Source of the DNA: an uncultured Pseudomonadales bacterium
Lineage (GTDB): Bacteria; Patescibacteriota; Microgenomatia; UBA1400; PJMF01
DNA length: 64,000 nucleotides
Assembly (NCBI GenBank): GCA_964574595.1
Contig: CAZNOF010000006.1
Location: 21,532 to 85,531 of the forward strand
Reading direction: 5' to 3'
Under the pieces are notes generated by a model. It was not told where the DNA came from. It did no database searches and was given only the letters and a program-made list of their open reading frames with translations. This document shows positions 1 to 9,211 of this stretch, one piece after another. Made by a program: the position numbers and the translations under genes. Position 1 is the first letter of the stretch. Every line of letters starts with the position of its first letter.

Positions 1-46
1 CCCCGTTGTTAAGACGGAGGGATTTCTCAAAATTCAAAATAAAAGC

Positions 47-256
47 TTATGCTTTTTTCAAAACTGGCATACCTGTGCGAGCGGTTTCCATAACGGCGTA
101 ACCTGCTGGTACTGCATCTAAGGCTGCATCTGGACGAACATCACGAGCAAAGAAGAAAATTCTTTGTTTGCGACCATTTTTCAAGGTCACTTCTCGGGTG
201 TGCAAATAGTAAGTTTGCCCCTTTTTGTTTGTGTAACTGAAGGCATTATTTGCCAT
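47..256 (-). CDS. small conserved hypothetical protein (69 aa, basic; KKGQTYYLH...TLKNGRKQ...FFF motif)
   Basis: Intact ORF. The sequence pattern resembles a widespread small uncharacterised bacterial protein family. No catalytic motif seen. Confidence 0.45.
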   Translation of the reverse strand: MANNAFSYTNKKGQTYYLHTREVTLKNGRKQRIFFFARDVRPDAALDAVPAGYAVMETARTGMPVLKKA

Positions 257-357
257 GTTGCTCCTTTTTCTCTCCTTTTCTTGAGGAGATGATCAATTTA
301 CTAATTGAACAAGCTTAAGCCTATCACACTCGAGTATTCTATCAAGAAGGAAATCTA

Positions 358-876
358 TTACTTCTGGTTAGTACTCTCCTTTTGAATAACTCCTCGCAAT
401 AAGGGCAGCTCCATCTCGTTATCATTGTTTTTCTCTTGTGAGACCACTACTTCAAATGGCAGAACGTCAGCAGAGATAGAACCACTACCTACATATCCAC
501 CTTTTTCCACTTCTAGGGTAAATGCTTTTTTCTTTGAGGAACCGTTTAAATCTTGCAACCAAACTTGATATGAAGCATCTTTTGCTACAGGCAAAGTAGC
601 AATCACGCTAAACTGAACTTTACCATCTTTGATTTCGTAACGAATTTCACCAGTCTCATTTTTACTTCCCTGCATTTCAACAGTACTCACGTCTTTAGCA
701 CCTTTGCGTAATTTGGTGTTATCAACTGGAGAGAGCTCAGAAATCGAAGTCCCATCGGCGAAATCAGGAATCTTGCCCTGTTTAGAGGATGTTTGGGCGT
801 TGTACCAACGAAAAATCAAAACGAAGATGATCAACAAAGCGATCAATGGAAATAAGAACGGCAAGAATTTTTTCAT
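358..876 (-). CDS. membrane-anchored hypothetical protein (N-terminal TM helix, extracytoplasmic domain)
   Basis: N-terminal hydrophobic segment FLPFLFPLIALLIIFVLIF followed by a hydrophilic domain. No recognisable motif. Confidence 0.45.
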   Translation of the reverse strand: MKKFLPFLFPLIALLIIFVLIFRWYNAQTSSKQGKIPDFADGTSISELSPVDNTKLRKGAKDVSTVEMQGSKNETGEIRYEIKDGKVQFSVIATLPVAKDASYQVWLQDLNGSSKKKAFTLEVEKGGYVGSGSISADVLPFEVVVSQEKNNDNEMELPLLRGVIQKESTNQK

Positions 877-893
877 AGGCCCCTATGGTGTCA

Positions 894-1532
894 TTATTTG
901 GCCAGGAAAGATTCGACAGTTGAGTTCAACTGCGGGGCAAGCGTCTTCTGACCATTTACGTAAAAAGTAGGTGTGCCATCAACACCAAGTTTGTTGGCAT
1001 CACTTACATCGGTCGCGATTTTGTCTTTGACCTCTTGGCTCTCTATTCTCTTCATCAGCTCAACTTTGTCAATCTGTAATTTATCGGCATACTCACCAAA
1101 TTTTTTCTGAACATCTGTTGAATTGAGCTCAGACCAATCTGTTTGGTTAGCATATAAGTAATCATGGAATTTCCAGAAGGTAGCCATATCGAAGGTAGCG
1201 GCAGCCTCAACTGCTTGTGCAGAAATCTGAGCATTTTTATGAACAGTCACCAGTGGGAATTGGCGGAAGATAAATCGAACGTCATTGCCATGTTTACTCA
1301 TCATCTGTTCCACTAATGGTTCTACAGAGCCACAGGCTGGACACTGCATATCTCCAAACTCAACCACTGTTACTTTGGCGTTTTCTGACCCTTTGACTAA
1401 ACGAGCATTATTCAGCAAGACTTTTTGATCAACGGGTGCAGTATCACTGCCTTTGGAAAAAATAGCAGCCACCACGACCACCAGTAAAATGGTGCCAAAA
1501 ATTGTACCTAATAATAATGGGAGATTTTTCAT
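894..1532 (-). CDS. DsbA-like thiol:disulfide oxidoreductase (thioredoxin fold)
   Basis: N-terminal signal/TM segment. CPAC active-site motif (FGDMQCPACG). Length and context typical of the DsbA/BdbD family. Confidence 0.75.
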   Translation of the reverse strand: MKNLPLLLGTIFGTILLVVVVAAIFSKGSDTAPVDQKVLLNNARLVKGSENAKVTVVEFGDMQCPACGSVEPLVEQMMSKHGNDVRFIFRQFPLVTVHKNAQISAQAVEAAATFDMATFWKFHDYLYANQTDWSELNSTDVQKKFGEYADKLQIDKVELMKRIESQEVKDKIATDVSDANKLGVDGTPTFYVNGQKTLAPQLNSTVESFLAK

Positions 1533-1541
1533 ATGCTTCCT

Positions 1542-1886
1542 TTATTCTCTTGGCCAAACTTGCTCACCAGTTGAAGTATCGGTAACTATAATAGCAGCTG
1601 TAGGACAGCTTTGAGCAGCTAATAATTTCGTGTCATCGTCATTTCCATCTTGAGAAAGAATGATGGCAATGTCCTCTTCATCTAAAGCAAAAACTGCCGG
1701 AGCAATTGCTACACAACTTGCTGCACCAATGCATTTTTCACGGATAACTTCAACTTTGTACTTACCAATTTGCTTTTCTTGAACAACTCGAGAAGTAGCA
1801 GGCGCCGTAACAGGAGCATGCGGCATGGTTGAAGGCACTGCGGTGACAGTGGGAGTAGGTTTAGATGCTTGGACGGGATCGGTCAT
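1542..1886 (-). CDS. ferredoxin (single [4Fe-4S]/[3Fe-4S] type) with Pro/Thr-rich N-terminal extension
   Basis: C-terminal about 65 aa has the cysteine pattern CIGAASC...SCPTAAI typical of small Fdx-type ferredoxins. N-terminal 40 aa is low complexity. Confidence 0.55.
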   Translation of the reverse strand: MTDPVQASKPTPTVTAVPSTMPHAPVTAPATSRVVQEKQIGKYKVEVIREKCIGAASCVAIAPAVFALDEEDIAIILSQDGNDDDTKLLAAQSCPTAAIIVTDTSTGEQVWPRE

Positions 1887-1935
1887 ATTTTTTAAATGAG
1901 TATTTGCATTCTACAGTACTCAACTGAAATGAAAC

Positions 1936-2643
1936 TTAGTAAAATTTCTCTCGATGTAATTGCTCTTTAGGCACACCTTTTGTTTGTAAAAGTGTCAGCA
2001 CGTCTGTCACCATTTTTTCGCTTCCGCAAGCAAAATAATGAGTATTTGGTAGGAGTGCATGCGTACTCAAACAGTCAGTCACATGTCCTCGACAAAGTGG
2101 CCAATCTTCTGGAGCTTGAGAGATCACTGGGTGAAATTGGAAATTTGGAAATGCTTGCATTAATTCGGCAAATTCGTCTTCCCAAAAAATCATATTTGGC
2201 TCTCTCATCCCCCAATAAAGCATAATCGGCTGAGTATTTTTCTTATTTTGCAGTTGATCCAAAACCATGCTTCTATATGGCGCAATCCCGGAGCCAGTCG
2301 CGATAAAGTGCAATGGTCCGGTCACAGTTTCTGGAACAGTAAAGACACCCAATGGGCACAGACAGGAAATTTCTTGACCAAATTCGAGGGATTGTAAATA
2401 TTTGACACCAATACCATTTGGAGCGATATCAAGCATCAAATCAAAACCATGCTCCTTGGCTGGGTTGCTGCAAATTGAGTACGAACGGCGCATTTGTGAG
2501 TCTGGCAATAAAATGGACATGTACTGACCGGCAGCAAATGTAACTTGATGAGGCTCAGTCCATTCAAAAGTGAATTGGATGAATCGATCATTCAAAAGTA
2601 ATTTCTCGGACAGTTTAGCTTTGCATTGTTTTGGTGGGATCAT
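1936..2643 (-). CDS. FNR-like FAD/NAD(P)-binding oxidoreductase (ferredoxin/flavodoxin reductase family)
   Basis: RRSYSI (RxYS FAD-binding) motif. GSGIAP NAD(P)-binding glycine motif. About 235 aa, typical of FNR-like modules. Confidence 0.65.
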   Translation of the reverse strand: MIPPKQCKAKLSEKLLLNDRFIQFTFEWTEPHQVTFAAGQYMSILLPDSQMRRSYSICSNPAKEHGFDLMLDIAPNGIGVKYLQSLEFGQEISCLCPLGVFTVPETVTGPLHFIATGSGIAPYRSMVLDQLQNKKNTQPIMLYWGMREPNMIFWEDEFAELMQAFPNFQFHPVISQAPEDWPLCRGHVTDCLSTHALLPNTHYFACGSEKMVTDVLTLLQTKGVPKEQLHREKFY

Positions 2644-2678
2644 ACTTTGGAGATGATACTAGGAAGATCAAGAAATGT

Positions 2679-3269
2679 CTATGAAGGAGCCTGGTTTGAC
2701 TCTAACGATTTTTGCCAATCACGACCAAACCAAATGCCAATAGCTAGTTTGGCAATTGCGGCATACTCAGTAGTTCTATCAACAAAGTTGTCTGTAATAA
2801 TGCCTATCAAACCACTTTTATGTTTCACATTTTCAATTCCTGAAATGTGAGAAGAAGCTACGCCCATTTCTTCTCCTTGGCGAATTCTGGCAGCTACAAT
2901 CTCTGGCACTTTAAACCGAGCTCCATTGCTAGCAAAGGTATTCCCTGATTCATCAACAACGACACCCCAGACAGTCGACCACATTTCTCCATCCATCTCG
3001 GTGACCCCACCTTCTAGACCGATGCCTATGTTGATCTCGCTTTTTCCCTGTTTGATGCCTGCCGCTAAAGCAGCTTTGGCTCGGTTTGTTGCCCCGAGTT
3101 TTGTTTCTGCATCACCTTGAGGTTGACTAGATACACCACTTGCCACTTCAAAGCCCTGCACCATCCCATGTGGCCAATGAGTCACGGTAGCTCTTTTGAC
3201 CGAGTTCACCTTAACAGGGTTGGTAGAACCCACAAAAAATGAAATAGTTGAAGAAGAATTATTCGTCAT
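2679..3269 (-). CDS. yjjX: inosine/xanthosine triphosphatase, YjjX family (non-canonical purine NTP phosphatase, DUF84)
   Basis: TNPVK, GVSSQPQGDAETKLGATNRA and GLIGIIT motifs align with E. coli YjjX (TNPAK / [20 protein letters not shown] / GAIGVFT). Confidence 0.7.
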   Translation of the reverse strand: MTNNSSSTISFFVGSTNPVKVNSVKRATVTHWPHGMVQGFEVASGVSSQPQGDAETKLGATNRAKAALAAGIKQGKSEINIGIGLEGGVTEMDGEMWSTVWGVVVDESGNTFASNGARFKVPEIVAARIRQGEEMGVASSHISGIENVKHKSGLIGIITDNFVDRTTEYAAIAKLAIGIWFGRDWQKSLESNQAPS

Positions 3270-3681
3270 GAGTTGCTTTCTGAGTTAACGATTTCTGGAT
3301 GGCTTTCAAGGAAAGTAGCAAACATTTCTGTCTACCATAAGCAATCTCATCAATACCCAATAACTCTTCCACATCGTGCTTTTTCATATTCAGAATACTC
3401 TTGACCGTTTTTTGAGGCACATACTGAGAAAGTAAACTCGTGGCAGCCAAACTAATGGCACAGCCTTGACCTTCCCAGCTCATCTCCAGTATTTTTTCTT
3501 TTGAGTCATCAAGTTTGAGAAAAATAGTAATTTCATCACCACATGAGGAGTTTCGTTCTTTCCACTCAATATCTGGCTGCTCTAACTTACCAAAATGATG
3601 AGGATGACTATATTCCTCTAAAATAATTTCTTGGTATAAATCATCGGACATAGAGATCTTATTTGCCAAATACTTTCGCAA
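3259..3681 (-). CDS. sufU: SUF system Fe-S scaffold, SufU/NifU-like N-terminal domain protein
   Basis: Conserved Cys in CGDEI and GQGCAIS motifs. Overlaps sufS by about 20 nt. About 140 aa, typical for SufU/IscU-like proteins. Confidence 0.7.
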   Translation of the reverse strand: MRKYLANKISMSDDLYQEIILEEYSHPHHFGKLEQPDIEWKERNSSCGDEITIFLKLDDSKEKILEMSWEGQGCAISLAATSLLSQYVPQKTVKSILNMKKHDVEELLGIDEIAYGRQKCLLLSLKAIQKSLTQKATHDE

Positions 3682-4906
3682 CTTTTTGTAAAGCTAAAAT
3701 CAGCGCGTCAATATCTTCTTGGCTGTTATACAGTTGGAAACTGACTCGAACGGTAGCCGGCCAACCAAATTTGGTATGAAGCGGCATTGTGCAATGATGC
3801 CCACTTCTCACCGCTACTCCTTCTGAATCCAGAATTTGACCCACATCATGAGCGTGCACACCTTCGTAAATGAAGGCAACAGACCCAACCCGGTCAATCA
3901 GTTTTTCTGAATCAACGATTCCAACAATTTTTACTTGAGGCAATTTTTTCAGCTCGGAAACAGCATAGTTCACCAGAGATTGATCATGCTTCAATAACTC
4001 GCTCATGCCAATTTTCTGTAGATACTTACAAGCTGCTGCCCAACCGATCAACCCCGCAACATCTGGAGTTCCAGCTGTAAATCGTTCTTCAATATCTTCG
4101 GCAAAATCAGTTTCAATTAAAGAAACGGTATTTATCATGCCACCGCCAAACAAAAATGGTGACAGGGTGTCAATAATTTCTTTTTTGATAAATAAGCCGC
4201 CAATGCCCATAGGTCCAAGCATTTTGTGAGCAGATACGACGTAAAAGTCGACACCAAGTTCTTTAAAGTGAATTGGCAGATGTGGCGCAGATTGGGCGCC
4301 GTCTATTAGTACTTTGGTTTTGGGGGAGGTTTTCTTGATCAAATCAGTCATTTTTTTGACAGGATTGACCGTTCCTAATGCATTTGAAACATGCGTAAAA
4401 CAAACAATTTTCACTTCATTTTCTTTGAGTATGTTCTCTAACTCAGAAAGATCTAACTCGCCAAATTCATTGACCGCTAGGTACTTCATCTTGGCATGTT
4501 TTCTCTTTGCAAGTTCTTGCCAAGGAACTAAGTTACTGTGATGTTCCATTTCAGTACAGATAATCACGTCACCTGGTTGAATGTGTGTTTCTCCCCAAGA
4601 GTAAGCCACTTGGTTAACAGCTTCTGTCGTATTTCGAACGGCGATGAACTCAACCGGCTGAGCTCCAAAGAAATGAGCAATTTCTTGCCGAGATTGATGA
4701 AAAAGTTTCGTACTCTCATCGCCAAGTTGATGAATTCCCCGATGGACATTAGCATTATGTTCACGATAATAACTACTTATCGCATCGATGACCGATGCTG
4801 GTTTTTGTGAGGTGGCTGCATTGTCTAAATACACAAGGCGCTTATCACCGTGGATTTTCTTTTGTAAAATAGGAAAATCAGCTAAAATACTTGATGAACT
4901 AAACAT
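3659..4906 (-). CDS. sufS: cysteine desulfurase SufS (PLP-dependent, class V aminotransferase fold)
   Basis: SAHKMLGPMG (PLP-lysine) and RSGHHC (active-site Cys) motifs. Start placed at the internal Met (MFSSSSILADFPIL) at 4906 rather than the ORF-track start at 4951, which would overlap the divergent GT2 gene. Confidence 0.85.
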   Translation of the reverse strand: MFSSSSILADFPILQKKIHGDKRLVYLDNAATSQKPASVIDAISSYYREHNANVHRGIHQLGDESTKLFHQSRQEIAHFFGAQPVEFIAVRNTTEAVNQVAYSWGETHIQPGDVIICTEMEHHSNLVPWQELAKRKHAKMKYLAVNEFGELDLSELENILKENEVKIVCFTHVSNALGTVNPVKKMTDLIKKTSPKTKVLIDGAQSAPHLPIHFKELGVDFYVVSAHKMLGPMGIGGLFIKKEIIDTLSPFLFGGGMINTVSLIETDFAEDIEERFTAGTPDVAGLIGWAAACKYLQKIGMSELLKHDQSLVNYAVSELKKLPQVKIVGIVDSEKLIDRVGSVAFIYEGVHAHDVGQILDSEGVAVRSGHHCTMPLHTKFGWPATVRVSFQLYNSQEDIDALILALQKVAKVFGK

Positions 4907-4944
4907 ATGCGTATTGTACCAGAATTGGGAGCAACCATTTAAGC

Positions 4945-5646
4945 ATGCCAAAAACTACTGACTTAGCAACATGTATTGTTCCCCTCTATAACGAAGGCTT
5001 GAATATAGCCCGCGTTTTGACTGAATTAACTCAACTTTCTTTCTTAGACCAAATTATCTGTGTAGACGATGGTTCTGTAGACAACTCAACAGCAGAAGTT
5101 GAGAAGTATTTTCCGAGAGCGGAGCTCATTAAATTACCGCAAAACATGGGCAAAGCATTTGCTGTAAAAACAGGGTTGGAGCACGCCAAATATGACAGTA
5201 TTTTGCTGTTTGATGCGGACATTAAAAACTTAGTCAGAACTGAGATTGCCACTTCTTTTGAACTCTTTAAAAAACAAAATATGGACATGCTGATTTTAGG
5301 CAGAACCTGCCCCAATCCAATTTTGCGTGCTACCCGCGGCGATATCATTGTTTCTGGAGAAAGGTGGATCAAAAAAGAAGATTTATCAACTGTTTTTAGA
5401 ACACTCCACTTTGATAAATTTGCATTGGAAGTAGCCATTAACTACTACATGGTGAAACAGAAGAAACATATATACTGGTTTCAGACCTCAGCCGAAAACA
5501 CCTTTAAAACTGCCAAATATGGATTTTGGGATGGCTGGATTTCAACCTTTGCCGAAATTGGCACGCTGTTCACATCTCGGTTCAGTATTGTGAACCAAGT
5601 GGTGAATTTTAAGCCTAAACAAATTACAGAAGACGCCCTCAATTAA
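4945..5646 (+). CDS. family 2 glycosyltransferase (GT-A fold)
   Basis: DDGSVDNS and DAD (DxD) motifs near the N-terminus. Sits inside the suf cluster on the opposite strand. Confidence 0.7.
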   Translation: MPKTTDLATCIVPLYNEGLNIARVLTELTQLSFLDQIICVDDGSVDNSTAEVEKYFPRAELIKLPQNMGKAFAVKTGLEHAKYDSILLFDADIKNLVRTEIATSFELFKKQNMDMLILGRTCPNPILRATRGDIIVSGERWIKKEDLSTVFRTLHFDKFALEVAINYYMVKQKKHIYWFQTSAENTFKTAKYGFWDGWISTFAEIGTLFTSRFSIVNQVVNFKPKQITEDALN

Positions 5647-6161
5647 TCAGTCTCTTTTAACTCTAAAAAGCCCTCAGTAATTATCTCTTCAGCTTGAGCC
5701 CGTGGAATGCCTCGACTTTGCAAATAAAATAAGTGTTCTTCCGGAATTGGACTAACACTCGCTGCGTGAGAACACTTCACATCGTCACTCAAAATTTCTA
5801 ATTCAGGAACCGCCTCCGCACTGGCTTTATCGGAGAGCAGCAAAATTCGTTCTTCTAAAAATGATTTAATTCCTGGGCAGTTCGGCTCAATTTTTATGCG
5901 TCCAAAAAATCGAATCCTACTTTGATCCTTGGCAACACCTTTCAAAACAGTTTGAGCCGAAGTATGTGCGGCTTTATGGACAATATATAAATTCACTTCT
6001 AATTGTGTTTTATCAGTTGTTAAGAACGCGCCTTTGATATCAGCGTGAGCGCCAACTCCATTCAACTCAACAATATAGTTACCGGGTTCTGCAATTGTGA
6101 TCACTTTGTGTTCATTTGCTTGTAGGGTAAAGATCGTATTTTCTTTGGGTGTTTGCGTCAT
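5643..6161 (-). CDS. sufD: SufD-like protein, short form (SufB/SufD C-terminal beta-helix region only)
   Basis: C-terminal RGI..AEE..GF motif shared by SufB/SufD. Only 172 aa (canonical SufD is about 400-440 aa). Directly follows sufB. Confidence 0.55.
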   Translation of the reverse strand: MTQTPKENTIFTLQANEHKVITIAEPGNYIVELNGVGAHADIKGAFLTTDKTQLEVNLYIVHKAAHTSAQTVLKGVAKDQSRIRFFGRIKIEPNCPGIKSFLEERILLLSDKASAEAVPELEILSDDVKCSHAASVSPIPEEHLFYLQSRGIPRAQAEEIITEGFLELKETD

Positions 6162-7588
6162 TAGCCGATACTTCCTTCCATCTCATGATCAATCAATCTA
6201 TTCATCTCAACAGCGTACTCTAAAGGTAGTTTTTTTACTAATCCATCAATAAATCCATTCACGATCATTTTTCTAGACATCTCTTCAGTTAGGCCGCGAC
6301 TCATCAAATAAAAGAGCTGCTCTTCACCAATTTTAGAGACTGTAGCTTCGTGTTGAACTTCTACAATATTATTGAAAATTTTATCAACCGGATATGTGTC
6401 AGAACGTGATTCTGGATCCAGCAACAACGCATCACAAATCACAGTATTTTTACTGTGGTGAGCAAGTGGACCAACGTTGACCATTCCACGATAACTAGTG
6501 CGTCCACCATTTTTACTAATTGATTTTGAGATAATTGTTGAACTGGTATAAGGTGCTAAATGAGTAGCTTTTGAACCAGTATCCTGGTGCTGTCCCGCAC
6601 CAGCGAGTGCCATAGAAAGAGTCTCCCCTTTGGCACCTTTGCCAGCCAAAATAAAACCTGGATACTTCATGGTTAATTTACTTCCCATGTTAAAGTCGGT
6701 CCAAATCATCTCAGCTTCTGCGTCTACCCATGCGCGCTTTGTCACTAAGTTATAAATATTTTTGTACCAATTTTGAACGGTGGTGTACTGACAGCGACCA
6801 CCTTTTTTAACAAAGATTTCTACCACTGCGGAGTGCAAAGAAGACGAGGAGAATGAAGGTGCTGTACAGCCTTCCACATAATGAACTTTAGCGCCTTCAT
6901 CCACGATGATTAACGTTCGTTCAAATTGACCCGCATTGGCTGCATTAATTCTAAAGTAAGTCTGCAACGGCATCTTCACTTCCACACCCTTCGGCACATA
7001 GACGAATGAACCACCTGACCAAACTGCCGTATTTAAGGCTGAGAATTTGTTGTCGCCACTAGGAATTAACTTACCAAAATACTCTTTAATTAATTCTGGA
7101 TACTGCTTTAAACCTTCATCCATCGATAAGAAAACGACACCATCTTTTGCCCAAATATTTTTAAGCGAGCCGTAAACTACTTCAGAGTCGTACTGCATTT
7201 TGACACCGGCTAAGTAATCTCGTTCTGCTGCTGGAATACCTAATTTATCAAAAGTAGCTTGAATTTCTGGCGGCACGTCAGCCCATGTTTTGGTAGCATC
7301 GGCAGGGCGTAAATAGTAATGAATCGCGTCGTAGTTAATGTCACTTAAGTTGCCACCCCACATGGGAGTTGGTTTTGATTCAAATTGTTGTAAAGCAATC
7401 AACCGTAGCTTCAACATCCATTCCGGTTCCTGTTTAATTGCAGAAATCTCTCTAACCACACCTTCATTTAAACCTGGCTTGATAATATGTTGATAGTTAG
7501 TCGTTGGATACGAGAATCCCTGCTCATAAGAGTCATCTTTGAGACTTGGGTCTAGCTCCTCAGTGTGTTTAGCGGCGAATCGAGACAT
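6161..7588 (-). CDS. sufB: Fe-S cluster assembly protein SufB
   Basis: 475 aa. Highly conserved SufB sequence throughout, with C-terminal GF(I/V)..V motif. Confidence 0.9.
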   Translation of the reverse strand: MSRFAAKHTEELDPSLKDDSYEQGFSYPTTNYQHIIKPGLNEGVVREISAIKQEPEWMLKLRLIALQQFESKPTPMWGGNLSDINYDAIHYYLRPADATKTWADVPPEIQATFDKLGIPAAERDYLAGVKMQYDSEVVYGSLKNIWAKDGVVFLSMDEGLKQYPELIKEYFGKLIPSGDNKFSALNTAVWSGGSFVYVPKGVEVKMPLQTYFRINAANAGQFERTLIIVDEGAKVHYVEGCTAPSFSSSSLHSAVVEIFVKKGGRCQYTTVQNWYKNIYNLVTKRAWVDAEAEMIWTDFNMGSKLTMKYPGFILAGKGAKGETLSMALAGAGQHQDTGSKATHLAPYTSSTIISKSISKNGGRTSYRGMVNVGPLAHHSKNTVICDALLLDPESRSDTYPVDKIFNNIVEVQHEATVSKIGEEQLFYLMSRGLTEEMSRKMIVNGFIDGLVKKLPLEYAVEMNRLIDHEMEGSIG

Positions 7589-7590
7589 AA

Positions 7591-7902
7591 TTATTTGTAA
7601 ATGAGTTCCTCTAGCTTAGGAAGATAATTTTGAATATTTGCCAGTGCATCCTTCAACTTGTTGGAGTCTGCATCAGTAATATTTAAGTCAGCAATCCATT
7701 TGTCCATTTCAGTACGAAATTCTTGCCATTTCTCAGGGCTCACAGTTAAGTCACCCAACTCAATATCTGTCTTAATCGTGGACAACCTTGTGCCAATTTG
7801 TAATAAGTCTGAGTAACGTCGATTCTCATCCAGCGCGTGACCTTCACTTTTTGCACGTGACTTTATGGCTGCAATTCGATCGTCAAAATTGAGTTCACTC
7901 AT
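7591..7902 (-). CDS. hypothetical protein inserted between sufC and sufB (103 aa, acidic, coiled-coil-like)
   Basis: Intact ORF translationally coupled to both neighbours (ATGA-type overlaps). No known motif. Confidence 0.4.
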   Translation of the reverse strand: MSELNFDDRIAAIKSRAKSEGHALDENRRYSDLLQIGTRLSTIKTDIELGDLTVSPEKWQEFRTEMDKWIADLNITDADSNKLKDALANIQNYLPKLEELIYK

Positions 7903-8675
7903 ATTTTTTCGTATCCTTTTGCTTCCAGTTCAGCGGCGAGATCACGGCCACCACTCTGAACAATTTTGCCAGCTTTCATGACGTGGACAAAATCAGGCTG
8001 TAAATACTTCAAAATCCGCTGATAGTGAGTAATCACGACTACGCCAGTCTGATGCTTTTCTACGATCTTTTTGACACCTTCTGCCACGGCACGCATAGCA
8101 TCAACATCTAATCCAGAGTCTGTCTCATCTAATATGGCGAATTTTGGTTCTAAAACGGCCATTTGTAAAATTTCAACTCGTTTTTTCTCACCGCCACTAA
8201 ACCCTTCGTTCAAACCTCGTTTTAAGAGTTCTGGTTTTACCTTTAATTCTTTGGCTAAACTTTCCAAGTGCTTTCGAAAAGCGAGAACTGTTGGAAATAA
8301 ACGGCTTGGTTCATTAGCAAAACGAGCGTTGTATGCCAACCGTAAGAAGTTTTGGACTTTGACGCCCGTTACTTCTACTGGATATTGAAACGCTAAAAAG
8401 ACACCCATCGCCGCGCGTTCATCAGGAGATTTTGCGAGTAAATCAGTCCCATCCAGGATTATTTTTGAGCCAGCGGCTTCATCAACTTCGTAAAAAGGAT
8501 GCCCAGCCAATGTATATGCCAAGGTAGATTTCCCTGAACCGTTTGGCCCCATGATGGCATGAACTTCACCAGGTTTTACAACAAGGTCGACACCTTTTAA
8601 AATTTCAGTTCGTTGTTGAGTTTGTTGATCGACAACTGAGACAAAAAGATTGGAAATCTCTAAAGTATTTTTCAT
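7899..8675 (-). CDS. sufC: Fe-S cluster assembly ATPase SufC (ABC-type)
   Basis: Walker A GPNGSGKST, ABC signature LNEGFSGGEKKR, Walker B ILDETDSGLD. 258 aa. Confidence 0.9.
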   Translation of the reverse strand: MKNTLEISNLFVSVVDQQTQQRTEILKGVDLVVKPGEVHAIMGPNGSGKSTLAYTLAGHPFYEVDEAAGSKIILDGTDLLAKSPDERAAMGVFLAFQYPVEVTGVKVQNFLRLAYNARFANEPSRLFPTVLAFRKHLESLAKELKVKPELLKRGLNEGFSGGEKKRVEILQMAVLEPKFAILDETDSGLDVDAMRAVAEGVKKIVEKHQTGVVVITHYQRILKYLQPDFVHVMKAGKIVQSGGRDLAAELEAKGYEKI

Positions 8676-9202
8676 AGCTTTTGAGCTGCTTTCTGAGCGA
8701 TAAGTAGGTCAGTTTTAATATTGGGAACTAAGTTATAGGAATCTAATTTTGACAGATCAAACCACTCAATTCCATCAGTTTCTTGTAGATTTTGTGAGAA
8801 ATCGATGGAATCAATTGGCTCGACCAAATATAAAAAATTCAAGTGCTGCTCACAACCACGCTTCCATTTTGCCGCAACTGTGTAGTGTTCAGGATCGGCG
8901 ATTCTGGCATCAAAATTTTCACGAGAGACAAAATGCAAATTGGTAGAAATTGGGTTTGGTAAGTACTCGCTATCAGGATCAACAATTTTTGACTCGGGAA
9001 TGGCTTTGACTTTAATTCCAGTCTCTTCCCAAAATTCTCGTTCCGCAGCGGCATGTGGCAACTCATCTGGTTCAATATGCCCACCAGGATTTAACCACAT
9101 ACCTAATTTCTTATGTTTAACTAGTAAAACTTTATTGTTTTGGATTAATACAGCCGCCACAGTTAAGCAGATCTTCGCTGGGTATTGGTGCAGGTTTGCC
9201 AT
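8672..9202 (-). CDS. NUDIX hydrolase
   Basis: Nudix box GGHIEPDELPHAAAEREFWEETGI (Gx5Ex7REuxEExGu). Confidence 0.75.
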   Translation of the reverse strand: MANLHQYPAKICLTVAAVLIQNNKVLLVKHKKLGMWLNPGGHIEPDELPHAAAEREFWEETGIKVKAIPESKIVDPDSEYLPNPISTNLHFVSRENFDARIADPEHYTVAAKWKRGCEQHLNFLYLVEPIDSIDFSQNLQETDGIEWFDLSKLDSYNLVPNIKTDLLIAQKAAQKL

Positions 9203-9211
9203 GCCTGGATT

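Noticed and set aside
704-970. 88-aa plus-strand ORF overlapping the 358..876 and DsbA genes
   Set aside because: Antisense to two better-supported genes. Sequence composition is not protein-like.
5031-5438. 135-aa minus-strand ORF inside the GT2 gene
   Set aside because: Fully antisense to a GT2 gene with clear DxD motifs. Ser-rich junk composition.
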